A DNA stretch of 63,364 bases, counting the filler, from Octopus bimaculoides (lineage: Eukaryota): assembly GCF_001194135.2 (NCBI RefSeq). It is 8 parts of 6 records of this genome, joined end to end, with 100 filler letters (N's around TTAATTAATTAA, not from the genome) between each part and the next. Parts side by side here need not be neighbours in the genome. Positions count along the whole stretch, not along the records: positions 50,255 to 60,829 come from NC_068985.1; positions 60,930 to 63,364 come from NW_026435172.1; 6 more parts are not named here. The stretch is one strand, 5' to 3'. This document shows, piece by piece, positions 53,253-63,364 of this stretch. The notes beneath the pieces were generated by a model. It worked only from the letters and a program-made list of their open reading frames with translations, ran no database searches and was not told where the DNA came from. The position numbers and the translations under genes are program-made. Numbering within the stretch: position 1 is the stretch's first letter; each line of letters starts with the position of its first letter.

Positions 53253-53438
53253 CTATTATATGAACTTTCTTCATGTCGACCAAAGAGATCGGTTGCATTT
53301 TGGAGTAAATAAACCTCTCTCCAATTTTATGAACACCTTGAGTCATAACCTTGCATGAGAAACAATAGGCTTCCGTTGCTCTTTGAACATTACAAACAAT
53401 TTCTTGCATGTTGCTGGTTTGTAGGTTTATAAACACGG
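53253..53438 (-). CDS. Unknown secreted protein, exon 3 (AVFINLQTSNMQEIVCNVQRATEAYCFSCKVMTQGVHKIGERFIYSKMQPISLVDMKKVHII)
   Basis: Acceptor gaagttttatttcag|, donor ATAG|gtaagc, 186 nt phase 1-1. Only this frame is open. Confidence 0.8.
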
Positions 53439-53999
53439 CTGAAATAAAACTTCAGAGAAAGCAGAGGTTCCTTTTCATCGTTATACAATCACATGAATAA
53501 ATACAAGTCATTATTAGCATGTTGACATTCATTACTTCCTTTGGCTATTCAATATTCTCGATAAGAATCATCGAAATTGTTCGGCATTTTGGCATTTTAG
53601 CATTTACCGATATCATTAGACTATTTGTTCTTGTCACTTGACTTCTTCTGGATGCCTTTTCCTTACCAATACCAGTGATTCCTATGTTTCCAGCTTCAGT
53701 TTTATAGTAATCAACACTATCTCCATATCATCCAACATATTTTTTATATGAGTTAGTCTCTTAAGGCGGCGAACTGGCGGAGTCGAAGTGCTTAGTGGCA
53801 TTTTCTCTATCTTTACTTGCTGAGTTCAAATTCTGCCGAAGTCAACCTTGCCTTCTAGCACTTGGATCGATGTAATCAGCATATCCCTCCCCCGAAATTG
53901 CTGACCTTGTTCCGAAGTTTGAAACCGATATGAGTTAGTTTCTTCTTTCCTTCGCTTTATATTTTGTAGTTCTGCAAACATAATGAGGTACAGAATGAT

Positions 54000-54900
54000 C
54001 TCTGGCTCTGTTACACGTTATATAGGCAATAGAAAAATTCTCTGTAAATATGCATTTAAAAAGAAATGTTTTATGTAAATAATCGTGTGAAATAAAGCAA
54101 GAAGCCATATCTGTGTGTTCTAAGGCAGCAATAGCAAAAGTTAGTATGTTATAAAGGAACAGCTTTAGAACAACAGAAAATAAAGTCTGGATTGATTTAG
54201 GTATAAAACTCCGATAAGAGAAATTGATTGCATCAATGAAATAAGGATGTACTTCAGTGTTCAGGAAAAGCGTGAATCAAGTTAATCCATTGTACAGCAA
54301 TTTTTTTCACCACAACAACAGACAATAAAAGATTTGCAATGATTTCACTTTCAACTTTAACACATTTTAAGATTCAAGGACGGATGTAAACAAATTCTGA
54401 ATGAATTGAAATTTATTTCTTAGATGGAGGAAGTTAACAAAAACATTGCGACAGCTGTTAGCGACTCTCAAAAAGAAGTGATTATTTCAAGAAATTAAAA
54501 TCTAATTCATTAAACCCAGTGGCAATCTCACTTTTACAGAGAAGACAACTACGAAATTGTTTCGATTTTATTTGACCTCATCAGTAAACGATCAGAGACT
54601 ATAAATTTTTACAAATGGAAAAACTGTCAAGAAGTATTTTCACCCAAGTAATCTGCATAATTACAAAAACACAGCCGAAGAAAATAATAGTTCAAGAAAG
54701 CTAGAAACATGAATTTAGAAAATTGAAGGAATTTGTAATGTACATATTGTTTAGTCTCATCACGGCAATGTTCCAGAACTCCAAAAGAGAAAGTGAAATA
54801 ATGTCAAGAAATTAACAATTATACTCATAGAATACGTAATTTGCAATACTTGCGGTCGGGTGTCTGCCCTTTACAAGTATATCACGTGACAAGCATACAT
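54000..54900 (+). mobile_element. Highly decayed Tc1/mariner-like relic
   Basis: Only eroded transposase-like phrases remain (AVSDSQKEV; KWKNCQEVFS). Resembles the relic at about 60 kb. Confidence 0.35.
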
Positions 54901-55540
54901 CGTCTTTGTAGCTCTGCGAACATTTTATAAAATCACATAGGTACATGTGCACGCACTACCTCCACACATACACACACGCACAGCCAAACACATTATGATA
55001 TAGATACACGTATGAGTGTGCTGAGCATATATGTGTGTTTACATATTTATAAGTATGTTAGTCTCACATATGAGTGTAAGAAGAAAGAGAGGGAAAACGC
55101 TGAATACAGAAACAGAGTGTAAATGTTTATTGTGGAGCTGCGATTAGTTTCACTTAACTGGCGATAGTTTGGTCTTGCCTCTGTACATCTAACCTAATTT
55201 GTTAGAGACAGGTTGTCTATTATACATTAGTAACGGGAACAGGGTTAAATGTGAAGCACTAAAAGTAACAAACAGACATAACAGTCAGCTCTTCAGCATA
55301 TGTGTGTCAGTTTATATGCGTGTATGTGTGCATGTGTGTGCGTATACACATATGGGTAATTACACATGCACACACACACATATATATATATCATATACAT
55401 ATGCATATACATATGTGTATTATATACATATATATATATGTATATATTCGTATATATATGTATATAATATATAATATATATTTATATACATATATATGTG
55501 TGTGTATATATATATACATGTATATACATATATGTATATG

Positions 55541-55584
<44 letters not shown>

Positions 55585-55883
55585 NNNNNNNNNNNNNNNN
55601 NNNNNNNNNNNNNNNNNNNNNNNNNNNNNNNNNNNNNNNNNNNNNNNNNNNNNNNNNNNNNNNNNNNNNNNNNNNNNNNNNNNNNNNNNNNNNNNNNNNN
55701 NNNNNNNNNNNNNNNNNNNNNNNNNNNNNNNNNNNNNNNNNNNNNNNNNNNNNNNNNNNNNNNNNNNNNNNNNNNNNNNNNNNNNNNNNNNNNNNNNNNN
55801 NNNNNNNNNNNNNNNNNNNNNNATATAATACATGGATATATATCTATATATGCTGATATAAATGTGTATACACATTTATGTGT

Positions 55884-55920
<37 letters not shown>

Positions 55921-55939
55921 AATCAGTCGAGCAATATAC

Positions 55940-55992
55940 CTGCAGGACTTGGCACAAAATTAAGTAGGTTAATTAGATTCAGAAATATATGG
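55940..55992 (-). CDS. Unknown secreted protein, exon 2 (HIFLNLINLLNFVPSPA, signal-peptide-like)
   Basis: Acceptor ttgattgcag|, donor GCAG|gtatat, 53 nt, open from phase 2 to phase 1, hydrophobic stretch followed by small residues. Confidence 0.6.
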
Positions 55993-56507
55993 CTGCAATC
56001 AACATTGCTTGTATTATTTTTCTTTTCCTTCCTCAAACATTTTATTTTATTCTACTTAATATTTGTCCATCATTAGACTGTTTCTTTTTTAAAGAGTATA
56101 CGTAAAAAATATAATGCATTAATGAAAACAAAATTAACAGAGAAAAAAATAATGATACACCATCTCCATCCTCATTCTCTTGTCCACTGTTTTTCCACTG
56201 AGTTTATAACTGTTTATTCATTATACTAACTACTACCACCACCCTCATGCCATTCGCCACCACCGCCGCCACCAACACTGATGCTATTACTAACATCACT
56301 CCGCCACCGCCATCACGCCTCATCCTAAACATTTCTTAATGACAAAACAATAATATGAAAATAAGCATTCCAAAATACATTCCTAAAATCAATTAATCTC
56401 GATAGACATCACATATAAGGACATTGTGTTACAACCACACCTAAATGCATATAAAGTATGCAAAAAAAAACAACATAAATAAATTGCAACAACAACAAGA
56501 AACATAC

Positions 56508-56521
56508 TGGTTATCTATCAT
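56508..56521 (-). CDS. Unknown secreted protein, putative start exon (MIDNH)
   Basis: ATG ATA GAT AAC CA|gtatgt. The phase 2 donor matches the next exon. Short, so less certain than the downstream exons. Confidence 0.4.
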
Positions 56522-56982
56522 TAACGATCTAAGTTAATCGAAGTTTTTCAACTTAAAATATTATATATGTGAGACTTTATCGTATTATATTAGTTTTAGA
56601 TATTGAAAAATTATCGTTAAGTAAACGTTTATGTGTCCATACATAAGTCTATGTTATTTAAGTGCGTCTGTATATGTATGTGTGTGTGTGTGTGTGTGTA
56701 AACGTTTGTGGGTATGTGTATGTTTGTGTACTAGTCTCTATATGTATATAAATATGTACGCATATATATATATATATGTGTGTGTGTGTTTACATATGCA
56801 TACACACACACACACTCACGCACACACACACATTTACGCACACACACACATACTCACGCACACACACGCCCATACATATGATTATTCATGCATTTATGTG
56901 TATGTAGGTGAACATAAGTATGTAATGCTTGGATGAATATATGTATGTGTGTGTGTTTATATGCATGTAGGTCTGTATGTAC

Positions 56983-57064
<82 letters not shown>

Positions 57065-57077
57065 CCATGTACGTATG

Positions 57078-57108
<31 letters not shown>

Positions 57109-58088
57109 GTGTATGTATGTATGTATGTATATTCCCGAAACCATTTTACAGCACCGTGAATGTTCGAGGGAGTTAATGTGTCAATGTAATATAACTACAT
57201 GGCTGAATATACTTGCACTCGTGCGATACATGTTCTTTGTTTTTCCCCGCACCAGAATATGTGATTATTCTTTATATATTGCATGTGTAATTGTGGCGCT
57301 ATAAACACACATACGATTGTGTTTATATTTTCATTCCATTCCAAGAAGCTCAAATCGAGAATCTTTGGAATGTTTTACAAATCTTCTACAAAGTATACGC
57401 ATGTATGCATGTATGTATGTTCCTGTGCATACATGTATGTTTGTATGCATGCATGTACGTTTTATTTTTCGGCTTTTTTTTTACTTCTTTTGTCAATCCA
57501 TTCATATGCCATCAGCTGCCACTCCACACAGATAGATCTAAAGAATATGTGATTTTACATTACCACCCCCACCCCTACCACCATCAAAAACAACAACAAC
57601 AATTGCACTACATCACTGTTTACCATTATAACATCACCACCACTATATTATCTCTGTTCATCACTTTGCCGTAGCTAGCGCTACAATAACCACCACCACA
57701 TCTACTGCCACAAAACTACAGCTGTAACCGCCGCGTCTACTGCACTGTCATGACCCTTTAGTCATCCCCATAACATACCCACCACCAACATCATCATCAC
57801 GATCCCCACCGACACTACCATCACAATCTCCTCCAACACCACCATCACAGGCCCCCTACCTCTATCACCTCCTTTATAACAGCGCCTTTACCACCACACC
57901 ATATTTCCATGTCAACACCATTACAACTCAAATAATCCTACCACCACCACCACCACAACATTTCCAACCACTGCTACTACCATTACTACCGCGCCAACGC
58001 TATCATGAAATCATCAACACCACATCAGCACTACGGAGACCAGTATTTAATCAGAAATTGTCTCAACACAGAAATTACAGTATTTGAA

Positions 58089-58434
58089 CAGTGGTTCTCA
58101 ACCGGGATCCATATGACCCAAAGGTCCCATATAAGAATTTTGGGGGGTCCACACAAGCAAAATAGAAAATTGGGGATACACGGTAGTATATTAAGGGTCC
58201 GAGAAAATTGTTAGATTTCGATGTATTTGTTGCAAGAAACAGCTGAGTTTCTTTCTCTAATGCTTTACATGGTTCAACCTACACAAATTAATAAGTGAAA
58301 AATAAAATTGGAATTCAGAAAGAAGTTTCTATAAAACTAGTTTAGAAACATCGAATGTCTATAGGGGTCCACCAGAGTAAAAAAAAAAGTGATCAAAGGG
58401 GTCCATAGGTAAAAACAACAGTTGGGAAGCACTG
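58089..58434. mobile_element. Non-autonomous hAT (Charlie-like) MITE
   Basis: Terminal inverted repeats CAGTGGTTCTCAAC and GTTGGGAAGCACTG; degenerate target-site duplication (tatttgaa / atttagag). Confidence 0.7.
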
Positions 58435-59803
58435 ATTTAGAGAAGTATTGCTTTTTTACTAGGAGAACGAGGTCAAATTCACTCCACTGTTTTACTGGTA
58501 TGTTATTTTATCAACTTCAAGGATGATGAATCGACTTTGCTGGTGTTTGAACTCCGAACGTAAAAGGACATATATATATATATATATATCGGTAATTTCC
58601 CTTATCACTCAAAGGAATATTTATAACTTCATAAGAAACTCTGTCACGATGAAGATAGCTTGGAGCAGTGGTAGGTCCCACCGTAAGCTGCGTGTGAAAG
58701 CAGACGTTCTATAATAAGTTGATCTGTTTTCGCTCTATTTACCTATGATACTTGTGATTTATAGTTTAAATCAAAAATAACATATGAATTTGTTCGTCTA
58801 AAGTTAGCCGAGATGCTCTCAACTACAGCAGTGAGAGATAGAGTTGCATATTGCCTATCACGGGGTTAATGGATATTTTTATGGTCTTCCAGTCAAAATC
58901 TGAAAATTTGATGTACAAAAAACGTATAATGAACTTAATTTCTTCTTAAATCTGATTGCAGATTATTAATGTGGTAAAGCCAAACTAGATATGAGTATTT
59001 TTAAATCGAACTAAAATAGATCCTCATTTACGGAAGAGGGGCAGAGCCAGTGTATTTATGATTGGTCTGGTTGTTGTTGTTGTTATATTCGTTGTTGTTG
59101 CCGTTAGTGTTGTTGCTATTGAGTTGCAGTAAGAAGCACTGCTTAAACGGATATCAGTCATAAGGTCACACAACCAAATTTAATGGGGCAATTCGCAACT
59201 CGAGAAATGTGTGTATATATATGTATATACACATAGATACATAGACACTCGCGCATATACACATACAAATAAGGCATGAAAATATGATATATGGAATGAA
59301 AGTATATAGATATATAACATTAAGAGCTTCACCTTCCAATATATTATATATTATATATTTTGATACAATACATAGATATATATATATGGTATCAATATAT
59401 ATAAAGATATATGTGAGATGTGAAGATATAACATATAAAGTTGGAAATATAGTATAAAAATGCAGAATACATGATATTTACAAATATAAGATGAGGCGAC
59501 GCGTTGGCAGTATTGTTATCACACCGGACAAAATGCTTAACGCCATTTCGTCCGTGTTTCCGTTCTGAGTTCATATTCTGATATGGTCGGATCTGTTGGT
59601 CGGGGTCGATAAAATACGTGCCGGTTGAATACAGAGGTTGGTGTCATTGACTTGCCTTCGCCCGCGAAATTCTGACCTTATGCAAAAACATTTGAAACCA
59701 ATATAAGACATAGAGATATAACATATATGAGGTATAGATGTAACATGGGTTACATTGTGATGTATTGATGTATCTCAGTTAATTGCAATTCTCTTCTGAA
59801 CAG

Positions 59804-59833
59804 GAGAAAGAAAACAAAAACCAACCGCCAATG
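59804..59833 (+). CDS. Candidate 30-nt phase 1-1 exon that could precede the CTCK exon (xERKQKPTAN)
   Basis: Acceptor ctcttctgaacag|G, donor ATG|gttagt. Open in the phase needed to join 62277. Short, so a chance match is possible. Confidence 0.25.
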
Positions 59834-59949
59834 GTTAGTGACTATCAAAAACCGGTGAACATATTTTAAACAAATTAAGAATTAATTTTACAAAATTTAT
59901 TTATATATTTAAGAGAAAATTTGATTGTTTTTTAATGATTTTTTTTTTT

Positions 59950-60700
59950 TAATTTCTTAATAAAGAGACCGTTAAAAACATGTTCTGGTCAAATTACACC
60001 TGCATCCTCAACACAGTATAGTCAATGCAAGCGTGCTTTGAACAATCAGACAGTTTGTTCCCTCTCACCACCACCATCTACAAAGTGTAATAGAATCACT
60101 GGGATGGCAGTAATTAACATAATTAAAGAAAAGCAGCTGAAGTAGTTCAATGGAATGAATTAAATAAATAACTTAAGGTGTGATGCATTGAATGACATAT
60201 ACAAAACATTAATTAAAATTTTCTACTAAGATGGACTGAAAACTTACAAGTATTTGAAATTATCTCTCTAGCAACGCAGATATAATTTCAAGCAATTCAG
60301 CATAAATTTCATTACATTTCACTATACGATTTTAATCTTTCTTTGCAGGCAAAGGGTTAGTTGCTGATTTTTCTGGTTTTACTTAATTTTCTTAGTACAG
60401 AATATTCTACTCATCAATTGACATAATTTGTTATATAGAAATTCGAATTAAGTCCCAATCGCAAAGACTGTGGTCATGAACGTGCTAGCAGAAACCGTAA
60501 CTTCTTTTTGTATATCAGCAACACTTTTTGGTATATTCTTAATTCAAAACTTGTTAGAATTTGATTTGGTGAAGATCTGGCTGCTTTCTCAAACAAGCGA
60601 GTCGACCACTTGCACAGAGGCTTCTTTGGTCTATCTGAAAAATCTAGAGAGTGAGAGACACTGAATGAGAGGGAGAAATTTCATATAGTTATTCAGTAGG
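59950..60700 (-). mobile_element. Highly decayed Tc1/mariner-like relic
   Basis: Minus-strand SGRLACL...DLHQIKF and SVADIQKEV resemble the Tc1 HTH region; many stops and frameshifts. Confidence 0.35.
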
Positions 60701-61029
60701 CCAAACGAGTGTATAGAAGTTATTTATCTCTCCCCACTTTCTCCTCCCCACCTCTCTCCTCACTCTCTCTCTCTCATCTCTCTCTCTCTCTCTTTCTCTC
60801 TTTTTCTCTCTCTCTCTCTCTCTCTCTCTNNNNNNNNNNNNNNNNNNNNNNNNNNNNNNNNNNNNNNNNNNNNTTAATTAATTAANNNNNNNNNNNNNNN
60901 NNNNNNNNNNNNNNNNNNNNNNNNNNNNNCTTGTACAAATAGACTGTGATTATGTCAGAATTTACTGGCACACACCATATAAATTTCTTCCAAATTTCAA
61001 ATTTCATTTTGTAGATAATGACCAAGACC

Positions 61030-61185
61030 TTTGGCAATACGCTGTGCTTGAGAAGACTTATCAAACCCAGTGAAATCGAAGTCATAGCTATTTCCAGTGT
61101 CATGTAAATGACATCCATGCCAGTGGTACATAAAAAGCACCCATTACACTCTCAGAGTGGTTGGCATTAGGAAAGGCATGGTGTG
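61030..61185 (+). mobile_element. Fragment sharing the RTE 3' tail
   Basis: gacctttggcaatacgctgtgcttgagaagac matches the RTE ends at about 41500 and 41810. Confidence 0.7.
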
Positions 61186-62276
61186 TGCCAGTATGTATGT
61201 GTGCACTCCCGCCAATCTTTTTCTTTTTTCCACAATAAATTCTGACATAATCACAGTCTACACCTGGTGGGGAAGAAAACTTGTGTAGATGTTCAACATT
61301 CCAAGCAGTTTCCCAGTCAGCCCCTATCTCAATGAAATACTTTCTCATCTGCCCTGGCTATGTTCATTTCAGAAAGGTATAAACGTCACATAATTCTATT
61401 TGAACTACTTATAAATATATTTAGTGATGGAAAACAATGCTATTTTAATTTAATTTGTTTAATGTTCCAAAATACAGCTAAATGCAATTTGTCCCTTTGT
61501 TTCTATATCCAGTTATAGACATTACACTTCAATATAATCAATAATTACCATAAGCATAAATAAGCGACAATATTATTTCTACTGCTTTGTAGTTATTGGG
61601 GAAATCATTATGTTTTCTATCACTAAATATATTTATAAGTAGTTCAAATAAAATTGTGACGTTCATACCTTTCTGAAAAGAACTAGTGTTGTTGTTGGCA
61701 TCCTTTTGTCTTGGGAGACAATGGAGTTGTGCATAAACTAATCTAGTCTGGTTTTTACATTTCATGTCTTCTCTAGTTTTGCGCAGGCCTGGGCTGGATG
61801 TAAGAAAATCCTGGGTAGCCCAATCGTCAGGATTCCTCTCTCAACTTTGCTGACGTAGTCCAAAGGAGTGCAGAGCATTACATTTGGCACCAGCTTGGTT
61901 GCAGGAATTGCCGGAAGAGGGTCGAGTCGAGTCGAACACTAAACCGCCTACGGGACTCCACTCCAGATTTCTTTGTCTCCTTTCCGTAACCCTGGATAGG
62001 GGCTCATACCAGGTACTGTCAGCCGGAGCCAGCTGAGCCCAGGACTCATGTCAGACAGGGTCGTCACTCCCTGAAGTAGTGAAGAAAATGGCTACCCACT
62101 ACCTACTAGTGATGTAACAGAAAGGAATTATGATAAAGTAAAATGTTGTCACAGAATTAATTTACTGGGCGGTTCATCATAATCATCATCATTGTTTAAT
62201 ATCCATCTTCCAAGCCTTTTAATATGATTACTATGAACATTAATTTGTTTACTCTTTTCTTTCTTTCTTTCTCCAG

Positions 62277-62566
62277 AAGATACATGTAGAGTTAAAACGA
62301 AAGTAGACTACATACATGATAACATAGGATACTGCCGGTCAATTAGAAAGGTGCTATTAACCTACTGTGGTGGCTCATGTGGAGTCACTTCAACCTTACC
62401 TGTACTCTTCTCTCAAAAGAATCATAAACTGAGCTCTAATTGCAAGTGTTGTCATGGTCAGATAGAGAAAATCAGGGCAGTTTCCTCAGTTTGTGGCCCA
62501 AACAGAAAACGAACTCAATTGTATTATGCCAAAGTGTATGACTGTAAGTGCAAGATTTGTCACTGA
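62277..62566 (+). CDS. Last coding exon of a C-terminal cystine-knot (CTCK) protein, vWF/mucin/norrin-type
   Basis: Strong polypyrimidine acceptor (ctttctttctttctccag|A at 62277), phase 1. Translation: xDTCRVKTKVDYIHDNIGYCRSIRKVLLTYCGGSCGVTSTLPVLFSQKNHKLSSNCKCCHGQIEKIRAVSSVCGPNRKRTQLYYAKVYDCKCKICH*. Eleven Cys spaced C-x15-C-x10-CxGxC-x20-CxCC-x13-C-x16-CxC-x2-C, the known CTCK pattern. Confidence 0.9.
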
Positions 62567-63364
62567 AGTAAGTATGCTAAAGCGTTTTTGATTCTTTTAG
62601 TCTTCTAGCTCAGGGGTGGTGGTGTAAGAAATTGATTTTGAAATCATGTGGTCAGGGGTTCAAACCAACTGCATAAATATTGTTGGCTAACATTCTACAC
62701 GAAAGCTGTCAACTAATACCTTGTGAGAGAAACTAATTGACAGAAACTAAAGAAACCTAAGAAAGGGCGGCGAGCTGGCAGAAACGTTAGCACTCCTGGC
62801 GAAATGCTTAGTGGTATTTCGTCTGCCACTACGTTCTGAGTTCAAATTCCGCCGAGGTCGACTTTGCCTTTCATCCTTTCGGACCAGTTACGCACTGAGG
62901 TCGATATATAATCGACTTAATCTGTTTGTCCCCTCTGTGTGTAGCCCCTTGTGGGCAGTAATGAGAAAAGGAACTAAAGAAACCTGTTGTAGGTATGTCT
63001 GTGTGTGTGCAAATGAATGACAAGATTCTCTACTGACAAGGCTTCTCTCACACAGTTCCGTCTTTTCAGCACAATGTTGTCGTCTTTTTACATCTATAGA
63101 GTTGAGTTTCATTGAGTTTTAGTTTTAAGAGCTTAGGTCCATATTCTCTGCATAGTGCAAAATAAGGGGAGATTTTTTTTATTGCTAAAATTATAATTTT
63201 CATTTAGAGCAAAGAACAAAAATAATGCTTAGTATTAATAATTTCAAAATAATTAAATGGTTATTAAAATGATATGAAGCATAATTTCTGTATTATCATC
63301 TTTTCTACACATTATTGTTGTTGGCACTCCGTCGATTACGACGACGAGGGTTCCAGTTGATCCG

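Noticed and set aside
54545-54600. CTGATGA...GAAA on the minus strand (possible hammerhead)
   Set aside because: Stem I cannot form and stems II and III are marginal; it lies in a decayed DNA-transposon-like relic.
59058-59128. Hydrophobic MIGLVVVVVIFVVVAV... followed by gtaaga
   Set aside because: Derived from a (GTT)n microsatellite, and its phase produces a stop when joined downstream.
60995-61095. Strong acceptor tttcattttgtag as a possible CTCK upstream exon
   Set aside because: The downstream sequence is the RTE 3' tail and the phase 1 frame hits a stop.
61289-61376. ATG-led phase 1 exon candidate MFNIPSSFPVSPYLNEILSHLPWLCSFQK before the CTCK exon
   Set aside because: No signal peptide, weak acceptor, and several frames on both strands are open, so it is not discriminating.

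Overview
Gappy draft-assembly window from a repeat-rich animal genome. The microsatellite load and SINE/LINE families suggest an octopod cephalopod; this is inference, not a database match. Most of the window is microsatellites, N-gaps and decayed retroelements: CR1-like, Dong/R4, Penelope, a tandem Tx1/L1-like array, an inverted RTE pair, tRNA- and CORE-type SINEs, a hAT MITE and Tc1-like relics. Three host-gene signals are visible once splicing is considered. (1) A + strand exon at 62277-62567 encodes a complete 11-Cys C-terminal cystine-knot (CTCK, vWF/mucin-type spacing); its upstream exons are unresolved. (2) A phase-consistent five-exon minus-strand model (56521 to 51512) encodes a ~132-aa, probably secreted protein that I do not recognise. 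(3) A weaker minus-strand exon chain (21152 to 12489) lies directly downstream of a CRE plus RFX X-box promoter-like cluster. Also notable are two Penelope-type hammerhead ribozyme remnants (one inside a 140-bp inverted repeat) and an AT-rich island with ciliate-like features that I cannot confirm. No rRNA, tRNA gene or CRISPR array was seen.
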